This document shows positions 37,333 through 51,742 of a stretch of 64,000 bases of DNA, one piece after another (the first letter of the stretch is position 1; every line of letters begins with the position of its first letter). Origin of the DNA: Geosiphon pyriformis uo1 (taxonomy: Eukaryota > Fungi > Glomeromycota); the NCBI GenBank assembly GCA_016748015.1, contig JAAOMT010000098.1:201635-265634 (forward strand), read 5' to 3'. The position numbers and the translations under genes were made by a program. The notes under the pieces are model-generated. The model was not told the origin of the DNA, did no database searches, and was given only the letters and a program-made list of their open reading frames with translations.

Positions 37333-40150
37333 AACTATTGGTAAAGTCTATAAATTCATTAATAATTGAATAAATTTATTTTTAAGCATTTATTGTACAT
37401 TTTTTTAATAAATTAGTAACTTTTTAGTAGAACTTAATAAATTAATTGTTTTTTAAGTTTTGTATTTTTAGTGTAGATTTGGTATTAAACCAAATTAGTT
37501 TTTTTAAAGTTGTTGTTTTTTGCAAATATGTTAGCATATTCTGTAATTAGTTTCTTAAATTGCTTTTCTTGTTGTAATTCTAATTGTTTTATGTTAATTT
37601 AAAATAATTTTTTATAATAACATAATAATTTTTATTAATAAAAGTAAAAATAGATTTTTAAAAGAAATATCTAATCATTTCTGTGAAATTTAAAACTTTT
37701 TGTAGTAATTTTTGTTAAAAAATATTACTATAAATAATTTTAATTTCTAATAATTATCTAAAATAATAAAATAATTAATAAAATTATTAAAAATAATATT
37801 GATTTTTTTGAACAAATAAATATTTAAAATTAAAATTTCATATTTTTTGTAAATTTGTTAAGTAGTAATAAGTATTGAACAGATATATACTTTATGAATT
37901 TTTTTAAAAGATAAAATAATAATTGTTTTTAGTAAAATTTTAAAAGCAATTTTAAAATTAATTTTTATGAGTAATTTTGATTTTAAAATAAGAATATCTT
38001 TTTTTGAATATTAAATCATATTTTGTATTAATTTTGTGGACTTTTTTGGCTTGATTTTTTGTTTATTATTGTCGAAGTATTTAAATAGTAAAGCAGATTA
38101 GTTTTTAACAAAATAAATCGGAATTGTTAAAATTTCAGACTGTTTTTTTTGTGTTTTAAATTCGGTTTTATCCTAATTATTTTAAATAAATAATAGTATG
38201 CTAAAAGATAACATTTAAAACATTATTAATTATTACAAAGCATGATATATTCTTTATAAAATTAAATATTTATTTGTTTTAATTATTAAATTTGGGTTTT
38301 TTTAGAAAAGTAAACATGATTAAAAGTCAAATAATAAAGTTTTACTTTATTTTTATAGTTTAAATTAGCTAGTTTTATGGTATATTTAATGTATTTGCTT
38401 TTTATATTTGTTAAACATCTTTTTAAGATCTTCTATTAATTAAAATTATTGCTAGTTTATAAATTATTTTAGCATTATGTAAATAATAATAGAATTTATC
38501 AAGAATATTATTATAAGCTACTGTAAATAATATTTTTTATTTTATTTTTTTAGAAATAGAAAGAGCATATTGACAGATTTAATTGCAGACTTTTTTTTTA
38601 TTACAATATTAATTCAATTGTATTTTTTGAATAGTAATTTTTTACAAATAAGACATAAAATATTGTTTTATTTTCTATTTTGTTTAGGACTGCTAAATTG
38701 TTGTTTGTAATAAGCTTTATAGTAATAATAGATACAAGTTTTATATTCTTTTTTTGATAATATACTAACTATTAGTTTGTTTATTTGTTAATATAAATTA
38801 TTAATTGACATTTTTAAGCCATAATAATATTAGTTATAGTATAAATGTTTTAAATAATTATTTTTCTGTTTTTTTAGTCCAATTAGATTAAAAATTAAGC
38901 ATTATATGTGTTTTAGTAAATGATTTCTTTTTTTTTGAATTTAAAAACTGGAATTTTTCAAATTATTTATTAAAAATACTCCAAATAATAAATACTTTAA
39001 TATATTGTCTTTAATATAAAATTTTTAATTCTTTGGTTTTTTAATCTAGATTTACATTGGTCTTAAAAAGCCAATTATTTTCGATAAAAGCTTAATATTA
39101 AAATGTATTTATAATTAAAATTTTAATTTAAATAATAATTTTATTAATAATAATAAAAATTGTCGATTTTTTTAACTAGTATTTTTTTTATACTATTAGT
39201 AATAACAATTACTGTTTGAGATTAGTTTATATTTTATTTTAATTTTTACATTAATTGGTAATTTTTTCAGTAAATTTACTATTTAAAGTTAATTAAATTA
39301 ATTTTTTTTGACTTTGACTTTAGTGTATATTGTTGTAATTGTATTTTATTCTGAAGTAACAACATTAATAAGTGAAAATAATAATTTATTGGCTTTAAAT
39401 TTAAATAAAAATATGTCTGAAATATTGGCATTTTTAGCAATCTTTGTTAATAAAATTATAATATTATTATAAAAAAATTTTTGCTATTATGTTGTAGTTC
39501 TATTTTTTAAAAATATAGTATAATAAATATTCTGGTCTTTTAGTATTGTAAAATAACTAAGTTAAGTATAAAAATTTCTAAGTAACTATTAATTATTATT
39601 ATAAAATACCAATTAATTATTGAAACCAAATCTGTTATTGTTAATATAAAAATAATTGTATATTATAAATTGGTTAGATTAAGCCAATTTTTTTATTAAT
39701 AGTTAATAATTTTAAATTAAAAATAATTAATAATATTGTGGTAGTTGTTATAAAATAGATTAATTATAAGTAAATTAAAATTTTAAAGAATAATAAATAG
39801 ATAATAGTAAATTATATAATTAGTATTACTAAAAAAAATAATATTAATTATTTTGTTTTTGTTGATTTCTTTGTATTTTTTGCAATTATGTTTTTAATAT
39901 CTAAAAATTTTACAATAATAACAATTTAATTGTTGATTTGGTTATTATTAAATAATAATATATTTTCTTGGTCTTGTTTTTGTAATAACTAATATTTTTA
40001 TTGTCAATTAACAAAATATATTTCAACTTTCTTGGTAAGTTGATTAATTTTTTTTTCTGCTATTAAACTGTTTTTTTAATTGCAAAATTGATGAATTTGG
40101 TGCAGTTTTACTTTTTTTATTGTTATTTTGTAGTTTTTAATATATTAAAT
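37333..40150 (-). mobile_element. Heavily decayed Gypsy fragment (gag end, protease, Cys-rich insert, dUTPase, RT start), host of the LINE
   Basis: Minus strand gives IFAKNNNFKKTNLV*YQIYT..MLKNKFIQ..TLPIV (RT start) at 37335-37530, a dUTPase-like segment at ~37750-38040 and ITTIYTKVKV at ~39320. Confidence 0.7.
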
Positions 40151-41610
40151 GATAGTAGTTAAATCTGCTAAAGCATATAGTTAAACTTTTTTAATAAGTT
40201 TGTTTTTGTATTTTTAAGATTAAATTGACTTATATTAAGATTGTTTTTCAGTCTATACATAGTTTTTTGGATGTAAAATTAGTGTTAAAAGACAGTATAA
40301 AACTTTTTTATATAAATTTTGCTTTTTAAGAGTTTTTAAAACTGTCTTTTTAGTTAAGTTTACAAGCTTTATTTGTCTGACTACTCTTAAAATTGCCAAA
40401 TTTTTGGTAGTTTTTAAAACTGGTTTCTTTTTTACTGCTGTTATATTACATAATATGTTTTTGGATGTGTTTATTGCTAATATTAAAACAACTTATAATG
40501 TTTTTGGTAAAATTGTCTATATTGTACTAAAGTCTGCTGGTATTTGGTAATATGTAGTTGTTTATTTTGAAAAACTGAATTTTGTTGTGTCTATTTTGAA
40601 ATATTAATCAGTTTTAATAAATAAAAATAGTGTTAGAATTTTTTCTTTGGTAAATTAAAATAAAATTAGACATGTTTTATTTTTTATTTCTCTAATTTCA
40701 GTTATTGTTTCCAATTTGCTCTGGTTATATTTATTTCTCAAGTTGATTTGAATGCTGCTTTAATCAAAATTGATATACTGAGGAAATATTGTACTTGGTA
40801 GAAAACTCCTAGTTGTTAATGTTGTTTTAAGTATTAAGAAATAAATCATTTGACTATGAACTGTAAGATTTTTTTTTCAAAACTCCTAAAATGTTTGCTT
40901 CATATTTTGTAAATACTAAGTCTTATGCTAAGATTTTTGTTTCTTTGAATTTTTCTGTGTTTCTTCTTTTGATAGCTTCTGTTTCTTTTTTTATAACTAT
41001 TATTAATTTTTTGGTTTCTTTTTAGCTGGTGTTTCTGAAATTCAAGTTAATTAAATTATTAACTTTGGTTAATTTGATTGTTAATTTTGTTAATATATTA
41101 GTTACTGCATTTAAGTAGTTTGTAAAAGATGATTTTATGTCAAACAGTACTCTTAATCTTAAGATTAACGAAATTTTGGTGCATATAAGTATCTTTAGCA
41201 AAGCTATAAATAAGCTAAAACATAATATGATTGTGCTAAAAAATAAAAATAGTTTTATTAATATTAACATATTTAGTTTTCATGTAAGTTTGTTTGTTAT
41301 TAATAATGATATGTTCTTTAATTTGCTGTCACTTTAAAAACATGAATTTGTTAAAATTAAGTTTGATGTATTTAAGACAGCTAATTAGTTAATAGGGTTG
41401 GTTCTTAATAGTGTTATATTATTTGAAATTTTTCAAAAGATATCTTTTTTGGATAAGTTTTTTTTTACATTAGCATAGTATGTCTTTAATTGATTTGAAT
41501 AATTAATTATATGTAAAAAAGCATAAATTGCATTTAGCTAAAACTTTTAGTTTTGGTTTTATATACTAAATAGTAATTAGATTGTATTCATTAAACTTTA
41601 ATAATAATAA
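40150..41610 (+). mobile_element. ORF1-only non-autonomous non-LTR element (RRM-like, CCHC, coiled coil) with LINE-type 3'UTR and (TAA)n
   Basis: NIKTTYNVFGKIVYIVLKSAGIW*YVVVYFEK, then C(R)CF(K)(C)(Q)EINHLTMNC at ~40815-40865, stop at ~41478, hairpin 41487-41509, tail 41599-41610. Confidence 0.7.
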
Positions 41611-43004
41611 AATATAATATAAAAAAATACATTGTATAATAACAATATTTTATTTTATATAATAATATTTATATAAAAATTACAAATATATAAATTTTAA
41701 TTTATATAAAACTGTTTCAAAAAAGTTTACTAATCAATAAATCAATATTATTTTTATTATTTTATAAATTTTTAGAAAAAAACAATTTATTATTGTTTTT
41801 AGTAACAGAATTATTACAAACATGTTTATACCAAGTCAATAATTTATAAATACTATTACTAAAATACAATCTAATAAAAACTTAAACAAATATATTATTA
41901 AGATATAAAATTCTCAAATTTTGTAAAAAATTTTTTTTATTTTTTAACATTTTAACTTTTTAAAAGTACAATACTCAGTAAAACCCACCTTGAAAAAATT
42001 ACATAGAAATGAAAAGAAAGAGTAAATTACAGAAAAAAAGATTGACAAAAAATTCAAATCATGTATGATCATTTCGGTAAGTAATGTCCGAATTTGTTAT
42101 TAAAAAACAAATGAAATATATATATGAATTGTTTCTTTTTTATTTTGCATATAGAATTTTTTTTAGAATATGTTAATATCTGTTAGCTCTCCATTTACAT
42201 CCAAACTCTTTTATTTCTTCAGATAATTGAGTTTACAACTTAAGATATTAAAATTAGACCTTAGATTCTCCTATAGTCTTTGGGGAATTTTTATACTTCT
42301 GAATATTATCTTTCATTAATTTTCAAATGTTTTCTACAGATTAAATTCGAGTAAGATTGCTGACCAATTTATAGTTTTAATTTTTTGTTTGCAAGATCAT
42401 TTTACAATTTCATTTGCAGTATAAATAGATGTATTATCTTGTTAAAACACCAAAATTTTCTTTATTAATTAATATATTGCTTGACATTTTCTTTTGTAAT
42501 TAGTTTAAGATATTTAAACTTAATTTTAAAATCCAATTAGTTAAAAAAGTATTACCATAATTTGATAAATTAGATACAATAAGCAAATATACAAAAATAA
42601 ATGGTAAATAAATCGAATTTTAAGATTTTTTTTAAGTTAAATAGAAATTTAAATAAATTAGTATTTTTTAAATTAATTCGTGCAATTTAATATTTGTAAT
42701 ATAAATTTTGTTAATATATAAAACTTATTAAAAAGATTGAATGATCAAATCAAAAATAATAGGTTTGAAAATCTTATTAAAAATATAAATAATTTTTGTT
42801 GCATATTTATAATTATTTATTAAATTAAAAGTTATAAAATATTTATATTTTAAATTATTTTAATATTATTAATAGAAATATTAATTTATTATTATTACAA
42901 AATATTATCAATAAAATATTGTTACAATTTTGAATTTTTTTGTACTATTTAACCCATATTTATATATTAATTATATTATAAATAATAACATAAGTTTTAT
43001 TATC

Positions 43005-44095
43005 ATTATAATAGTAAAACATAGATGACAGAAATTTTCTTTGGTGAATGGCTTGAGAAGTTTAATCGGAAAATAACCAAGCATAAACACAATGTTTTAT
43101 TACTATTGGATAATACACCATTATATGTTCTAATTAATATAGAATTAAAAAGCACTAAAATATATATGCTTCCTCCAAATACAACATCCAAAATACAACC
43201 AATAGATGCTGGCATTATTGCAGCATTTAAGTACTGTTATTATGCTTGCTAGCTTGTATATACTGTTAATTAATATAATGTTGGATATAAGAACTTTTAT
43301 CATATTAACTTACTTTAGACAATTTATTGGATTTGAAAATATTGGTTTAATATCAGCACACATATTATTTAAAACTGTTAGTATAATTTCAGTCTAATAA
43401 AAACAGCACATAATATTGAATTAAAACGGAAACAGCAAAAAAAAGTCACAGAAACTTTGATATTATACATTAAACAACTAAGTATTAAAGATTTATTTAA
43501 TACTAAAAAAATTGTAAATCTTACTTCTGAAGCAGAAATTCATATTTTATTAACTAATCAGGACATAGTAGAAGTTTGTCATGATCCAATAACAAGTTTG
43601 GAAACCCAAGATAATATTGAGAAAATTAAAAAAATTAAGGAAATTGATGTTGAATCATTTAAGCATAAAAAACTTGTTTAAATTTTAAATATATTATGTT
43701 GGTTGAATAATGGTGATAAAACTTCTAAAATGACAATTAATAGTTTATGCCATGTACAACACATTCTCAAAGAATTTATTGAGATTGAAAAAAAAAAATC
43801 ACATATACAAACTTCTCTTAATTATTATTGGTCAATAATGTAATATAATTATAATTTTTAATAAATTTCTCTTATATTAGAAATTATATAAGTTGTTAAA
43901 TAATTTCAAATATAGTCATATAAAATTTTACCTCTCTAAATTAATATATATAAGAAGTTTTATTAGAAGTTATTAGTCATTATTTAATAGAGGATTATTA
44001 GTTATTACTATTTAATTGCTTTTGAAATTAGTTAATTTATTAGTTATTACAGGTTATTACTTATGAGAGGATTATTTATCACAGGTTCTACTGTA
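43005..44095 (+). mobile_element. pogo/Tigger-type (DDE_1) DNA transposon 3' fragment
   Basis: MT..F.EWL..F..VLLLLDN..LPPNTTSKIQPIDAGII..FK in ORF 43025-43252; ends GGTTCTACTG plus TA at 44084-44095 (CAGTA-type terminus). Confidence 0.85.
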
Positions 44096-46349
44096 CTTGA
44101 AGAATAACTTGTTTACTTTATTTATAAAATAAATGGGGCATTAAAAATTTTTAATTATTAACTTAGAAACAAAGATAAAAGCTTGGAATTTTAAATATTT
44201 ACTAGTTTTTTATGTTGCCATATTATTTTTTTTGAGATATTGGTTTTACAATATCAATTTTTTCACATAAGATTGACTCTGTGCAATGGGCAACCTTATT
44301 TTTTCTATTAATTTAAGAGAATAAGCAAAATACATTTGATTAAAATCTAAAGTTTAAATTATGTTATTTATCACAACAAATAAGAGTGAGCGATTCTTAA
44401 AGTTGGAACCAATAATCTTTTAATCTGGTAAAACCTTTTGAAGTTCTCTCAATCCACAAAAATGTATTGAATACAAAAACTTTTTCAATCCGGTAGGTTT
44501 TAATCATAAATAAAATTTATTGTAAAAAAAAACTTTTATATTGAACTTAATAAAAAGATTAAAAAGGTTATTTGGGAAAAAATGAAAAGAAAAATTATGC
44601 TTAAAAAATTATCTGCGGATAATGAGAGTTTTTGCTTAAAAAGTTTAATTTAATTTCTAAAAACATATTTTTAATCAAGAAGAAATGTAAGTTAAAAACT
44701 AATCATAGGGCTATCGGAATTTGAAAATGTAAAATTTATATTATATAAATCAATGGTAATAAAATTTTTGCTCTGATTTTCCAAAATATAGTTAAACTAG
44801 CAATATTTTACCCTAATAAAAAAGATTTTCAAGTAATATGAAAATAATCGTTCCAATAATGCAAAATATATTTTTAGCGGAGCAATGCAGAAATGAAAAC
44901 TCAATGATTTCACAACTTTTTTGAATTTGATTTAATATACAAATTTTCACATATCATTTTAATATATATATTGTGAGTTAAAGTCTAAACACTATTATAG
45001 TCAGAGAGCCTGAAATTTTTAAAATAAACTGTTCAAACACAGTCAACAGTTTTTGTGTATAATTTTTCCTATATAGAATTTTCACTCCTTAATTTCAATT
45101 ATCTATCTCGTGATTATGAACTTGATCGCATTCAATTGTTTAATTGTTTTACTTGAGTTAAATAGGCTCTGGTAACATCGGATGAATTGTTTGCCTGTGC
45201 AAGTATACGGATAACCTTATTTAAAACAAATTTAAACCTGGTGTCTCTACTCCAAAGCAGTCTCAAGAATTATGCCTTTACGTAAAGAAATCCATCTTAT
45301 TGTTTGAGGTTTCAAAGGTGAAGAATTTCAATTATAGAGAATTTATGTAAAAGGTCTGTAAAATGCTGTGCTGAATATATTACTGTTTCTCTCACCGTCA
45401 AGTCGTCAGGGCTGAGGATTTAAAAACCGTATTTGAGGCCTATAGTCTGTTGCATATAACTTTTGTGCTTACATTAAAATTTTTGTGGAAATTGTTATTG
45501 CATTTTTATATTTTGGAATTTTGGAAAAATAATTGTTGAAAATTTTGATATATATTTCAGTGATTATTTTTTTTGAAAAATAAAATAACTATGTTTTATC
45601 TCTTTTAAAAACCTGCTTTATGCAAAGATTTTAATGGAATTTTTTAAATTTAAAAATTTAATAAATTTTTCTTATGCGATTAGTTTCATCTTGCTTCTAA
45701 AAAACTGAAAATTAATTTCTTTAATTAATAAAATATTATTTGAAACATCCTTTTTTTCAAATGCTAATGCTGATTGTATTAGCGAATTTGCTACAGTGTT
45801 GTAGCTAAACATCTGAAAAATTTATGACTTAAATCTCAAAATCACCTGATACTTCAATTTGTTTTGTTGTTAGCAAATTTTTTGCTGAGTTTCCTATTTC
45901 TGAAGATTTTTAAGGTTTACAAGCTTTTTTTTGAAAGTTTTGTAAAAAGACTTTTAAAACTACTCCAATGTATTAAAAATAAATTTTCAAGGTTTTGATG
46001 TTAGATTATTTCTAAATCAAGCATTATTTAATATTACAAACAAAATAATTTAATTTCTAAAAAACAATTATTCAACAGAGCTAATGGCTAATTTATTTTA
46101 AGACTATTAATTTTAATTAAAAAGAAATTAATTGTAAAAAAATTTTAGTGTTTGTTAATTATAATATCACAGTTGAATATCTAGTTATAGATTTGACTAT
46201 TTGTTTTTTTAATAACCATATGAGCAAAACCTTAGAAATTGTAGAAAAAAATTCAAAATTCAAAATTGATTATACTTTAAATATTTTTTATCTTTAGATT
46301 AAAGTCAATAATATAGTTAAATTCGAGTAGAATCATTAGAAAAGTGTAG

Positions 46350-47500
46350 TTCAACACACAAGTAAATTTATCTCATGAAAGCGATTATGATTATTATGGC
46401 TATTGGAACCGATCGAAATCATTTGAAAAAGGTTTATTCCGATCGGATAATCTGTTTATGGAAAAATTGAAAAAATTCACTCTTTTCGCTAGTGAAGCAT
46501 CTTGTTTAAATCCGGTCAAAGATCAAGACGTTATAAAATTGACTGTTGAATTTATGATCTTAGCATCTTACATTATATACATTATTTTACTTTATGATTA
46601 ATTCCCCAAATTTTCTTTTTTTTAAAATTCAAATCTCAATCGTCTATCTTAGCGAAAATAACAAGCATACGTAAAAACCAAATTTTCTTGATCCAGATTC
46701 GTGTCAAAGAGTTAGATTTTGAAGTTACCTCGGAAAACGACTCCAAACGCGATACAAAATTACAAATGATCTGATGATCGATAAAAATTTTCCCTTAAAT
46801 TTCAACTTGGGTGGACAGAGTTAAGGCGTCAAATTGACCATAGATAAAAAGGAATTCCGCCAGCACATAATTTAGAGTTTTGTTGGACATAGGCTTGCTG
46901 GTGTTACATAAATATTTATATTTTGATCGAATTTCTTGACAAGACTCATCTAATTAACATTAATTTTTAGTGTTTGCTGTACTTGGAGCTTTCGAACTCT
47001 TGACAATAAAAGCGCCTGAATTATCTCAGATTAAAGTTTACAAATATGGTGAACCTCGATTCGGAAACTACAAATTCGCTCATAAGCTAAATTTCTTTAA
47101 AAATTTAAAAATATATAGAGTGACATTTTATAATAATTTTATACCCAAATATCCAAAGAGTTATCAGAAAGCACAATATTTACACCATGGAGAGGAGCTT
47201 TGGATATCGCCAAAAGATTGTGGCTGTGCTACTTCCGATAATAATAATAATAATAATAATAATGGGGATGATTTCAACATTAATTTATGCCCAGGCCCCA
47301 AATCCACGAGCAGGATAAAGTTGGAAAGCCTAATAAGTTATTATAGAATCAAAATTTAGTTTTTAATCTGAACAATTCTTTAACAATTATTAATCATTTT
47401 TTATATATTTAGGAATGCAATGGTAGAACCGAGGCTGCATCGAATGAAGAAGCTTTCGCATCACAATGTCCTCCTATGGTAACAATCAAGCATTCTTAAA
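46350..47500 (+). pseudogene. Lipase class 3 (alpha/beta hydrolase) pseudogene
   Basis: LFASEASC; FVGHRLAG (GHSLGG with S>R) at ~46880-46902; YGEPRFGN, RVTFYNNFIPKYP, YLHHGEELWI in 46970-47359; last exon ECN at 47413. Frameshifts in the 5' exons and degenerate splice donors. Confidence 0.8.
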
Positions 47501-48548
47501 TGGCCATTTTTTTTTACCAAAAATAAGGGCACTAAAATTAAATTTAATCCCGATAATTAAATTTTTCTAGAATACTATTTATTTAGATATATTGTCTATT
47601 GCCTTTTTTTAATAAATTTTTTTATGAATATTCTAATTATTTAACTAAATGAAAAGGTTCAAAAAATTAAGGTAAATTAAAATTTTATTTTGGCCTTGCC
47701 TTCATTGAAAAAGTATTTCAGCGTGTATTTAATTTGAGTCAAATTAAAATAAAATTATCAAATCCCAATAAAATTTGTTTTTCAATTTAAAATTCTGGTT
47801 TTAATTAAAAATAAACACTCACATTTTTTTTATTTAAAACTTATGGACATAAAAATATTTCCGAATTAATACTGAGCATAAATTTTTTATTCGTGCTGAT
47901 CAAATTAATATATTTCGATAGCAAGGGCAGAGAGTTTTCGTTTTACACGTTGAAAAAGTATATTAAGCATGCTCAATATTACCTAATTTTAAAAATAAAG
48001 TTATTATTGCTTGGACTTAAGCTAATATTAGCAATTCTTTAAGTTATTACCAAACTATTATCATTTAAAAATACTTATATTAATTACAATAGTTTATTAT
48101 ACATTAGGTTTCTTAAATATTTTATATCGATCATTTCAAATTTCTGAATTAGATTTCAATAGGCTTAAACAATAAACAGTAAATAACAAGAGTTTATCAG
48201 AATTGGCAACGGGTAAACAATTTTGCCATTGTAAAAACCCTTCCCTGATAACTTTGTTATATACTAATAAAGTTTTATACATATATAGACTAGATGGATA
48301 TAGAAAAGATAATTGACAAATATGACTACTCTCTCTCGCTCTTCACTCCTGTAAGAAATCTTAAACTACAATTACTTCCTCCCACTTTTCACTCTTTTAA
48401 GAATTCTTAAACTATCTCCTCCCACTCTTTATTCTTGGAAGGCATAAATAAAAGACTAACAACTATCAATTCCTCACCACGTAACTCTAAAATTTTAATT
48501 CAGTTATTTGATGATCGATTGTTCATGAATTTCTATTCCGTATTCATT

Positions 48549-48680
48549 GGTTATTCGAATGTTGAGTTGTGAATTATTGGTGGGTGGTGGTTATTCAAAT
48601 GTTGAGTTGCGAATTATTGGTTGGTGGTGGTTATATTTGAAAGTTGAATTCGCGAATTATTGGTGAGCAGTGGTTATCCG
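48549..48680. repeat. ~41-bp tandem repeat, 3 copies, CpG retained
   Basis: GGTTATTC(G/A)AATGTTGAGTTG(T/C)GAATTATTGGT.GGTGGT repeated. Confidence 0.75.
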
Positions 48681-48829
48681 TCAATTGTTGGTGTCAAACT
48701 AGAGTCAAGCTCAATAGGGTCTTCTTTTTCCGCCGATTTTTCAAGCCCATTTCCTTGGCTGTGGTTTTACTCCAAAGTTTAAGATACAGTAGGATTTATA
48801 ATCAGATTTTTCTAATTTTTTTTTTATCT

Positions 48830-50203
48830 TGATTTTTTTTGATTCAATGTCTTTTTAATTACAATAATAATTGAATTAAGTCTTAGTAATGAAAATTATA
48901 ATAAGAGCAGTATTAATAGTCTTTACTAAAATTCTTTAAAAAAAAATTTATATTCTTTTAATAAATAAATATTCTTTAGATGGTTTTAAAAAATAGATTT
49001 TGGCTTTGTTATAAATATTGATATAGTTTTTAATGAGATCTGAATAATACTACTAGGTATATAATGATATAATCCTTTAAGAATAAAATAATTTGCAGTT
49101 TTTTTACAATAGTAGAATTATTTAATTTAGTGTTATAACTGAAATTTGTGTTAATATATTAAATTAAATGTTTTTTATGATAAATAAGAATTTTTTTTAT
49201 TATATTCATAGATTTTTGAATGAATTTCTGTAAATTTATTTGTGAAATTATAAAATTAATAATACCTAGAATATTTTTTAATAGCTCTATAGAAATTAGT
49301 TTTTACAGCTTTTATGTTAACTAGGTTTTTTGTATCATATTTTATTCTTTTGTTAATGTAGAAATTAAATATATATTCTGCTGAAAAATAATTAGAATAA
49401 TTTTAAATTTTTTTAAAAATGTTTGTATAGTAACTTTGCAAATTTTAGGTAGTTGGTTTCTGTAAATTCTGCTATTTTTGTTAATTATTGTTTAATTAGT
49501 GCTTTGTTTTTTGTAAATTATATTTTATAAGAAGCATTAAATATTACAGATAAATTTTTTGGAATTTGAAAGTTTCTATAACTTGGTATTTAGTTTAATT
49601 AATGTTTGAATTTAAAAGTTTCTGAATATTTTAATAATAAAGTTTTTTGTATAATAAACAAAAATTCAATATAATAGTAGTTAATAATTCGTAACTAATT
49701 TTTTTGGTATAATAATTGGTTTATTTTGATGCTTGGATTTTTTGGTAGACAATTCTAATTTTTATAACTATATATATTTTTTTTTATATCTTTTATTAAG
49801 CAATCTTTAACATTGTAATTTTAATGCTTTTTTTTAATTAATTTAGTAAAACCAAATAATAAAATAAAAAAGTAAAATTAGAAATTTGTATTTTATTAAT
49901 AGCTATAATTAAAGTTATTGTTTTAGTATTGTTAATAATAGTATATTAATGTTTTTAATATTAATATAATTAAATTAAAATTCAACAAAATAAGTATGAA
50001 TTTATACAGTAATAAATTTGAATATAATAAATTGATAGATTTATTTTATTGATTATAGATGTCAAATATATAAGTTAATTATTAAAGTGATTTTTTAAAA
50101 AAAATAAAACTGGTTTTAAACTAAACTTATTTGTTTTTTTTGCTTTTAACACTTCTGTTATATATACATAAATTTTTATAGTATAAGATTCTAAAAAATA
50201 TTT
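48830..50203 (-). mobile_element. Decayed lineage-A-like fragment: partial 5' LTR (49542-50203), PBS, gag N-terminus
   Basis: Minus strand ATCTGTAATA-TTTAATGCTTCTTAT; IAEFTETNYLKFAKLLYKH..FSAEYIFNFYINKRI. Confidence 0.72.
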
Positions 50204-51742
50204 TTATTATGTTTTAACAAAGTATGTTTAAACACTATTTAATACAATATACCAAATTAAATAACTTAAATTAGATATGAATTATGTGCTTTCTATATAT
50301 AATTAACTACTCAAATTAATCAAAACATTAATTAAGTTGAATCAAAAAAAGCTAAGAGTAAACTTTGCTTACTAAGTTTCTTAAAATATTATTCAAATTT
50401 TTAAAATTAAAAATAAAATTATTAAAAAACAATTTAGTTTTTTTAATACTATTTTTAACTTCAAAACTACATATTTATTACAAAGTAATTATACAGTTAT
50501 ATGTTTTTTTACTTAAAAAATGTGCTTTAATAATATTAAAATTATTATTATTCATATTATTAAATTTAATCTTAGTTTTAAGATTAGCAAAATTTTTAGA
50601 TATACTAGCTAAAAAAAACAAAGTTTTTGGAAACATTAAAAATAGTAAGCAAATTTTTTTTAACTTTGTAATTCTTTTGCATATTTTCAAACACAAAAAA
50701 AGTAACTAAAACAACTAAAAAACCAATAAATTTAATAATAAACTTTACTAAAACAACTAAACTCAAAATTTAAGATTCTAAAAAATTTAAATTAGATTTA
50801 ATAACAGAATTAGCAGCAAAAACAGCCAAAAAAACAACAAAAAAAGAAATCAGAAATACAAAAGCCATAGAATAAAACTTGCTATTAATAAAAATAACAT
50901 AAAAATTCTAAAATTAATAATAAACTTAAAAAAAATAAAAAAAATACTTTATAATTAATAAAAAATAAGCTAAATTTTAATATCTATAATAATTATAGTA
51001 TTTAAAAGTTTTTTATCAGATATAATATTTGTATAAAATATTATTTTTTATTATAGTAAGCTTTAACATTTTTTTAGATTTAAAAATAATAACAATAAAG
51101 TATTAACAATAATAAAAATAAAAAAATAAAAAATAAAACAAGTACAATTATCAACTTAAAAAATTATATTACTAATTTCAAAAACAGTACAACCAAAAAA
51201 AATTGACCAATTTGGTTTCAAATAAATCTCTAAAGTAATAATCTCTCTTTAATTAAGAAAAAAAAAATTTAAATACTGTCTTTTTTTACTAATACAAACA
51301 AATTATTAAAAATAACAACAGCAAAAAAAGAGTCTTTAAAATTAACAATAACATATTGTTAAAAATTAGCAGATTTTAATTTAATAAAAATAACAATACC
51401 AAAAATACCAAAAGTAATTTTAATATTATTAGAAAATATATTAAAAAAATATTATAAAATATAATATATATGAAAAAAAAAGAGTTAAAAGTTATTACAG
51501 AAAATTTTGCAATCTTAAGTATAATTAAAAAAAACTACTACTAATAATAATATTGGTAATAACAATTAAAAAAGTCTTAAAAGTAAAATTTATATAGAAT
51601 AATTTGATATTGTCTTTAGAAATTAACTAGAATTTAATAAAGCCAGATAATAAAAAAAACAAAAAATTAATCAAGACCAATTTAATTTTAAAGTAAAATC
51701 AGATATTAGAGTAAAAACTATTTATTAGAAAACTTTTAATAA
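50204..51742 (-). mobile_element. Second ORF1-only non-LTR element
   Basis: NNIKITFGIFGIVIFIKLKSANF*QYVIVNFKD (homologous to 40480-40580), KRITKLKKIC coiled coil, hairpin 50300-50322, short TAA tail. Confidence 0.65.

Noticed and set aside
41976-41990. CAGTAAAACC as the left TIR of the pogo element
   Set aside because: Only ~10 bp of similarity, no TA before it and no further match.
48549-48680. CRISPR array
   Set aside because: Head-to-tail degenerate repeats without unique spacers, no cas genes, eukaryotic context.
50365-50709. Hydrophobic L/I/F/K-rich ORFs as membrane peptides (also 4017, 15521, 20040, 32207, 41022, 58160, 61894)
   Set aside because: They are shadow or antisense frames of AT-decayed elements.
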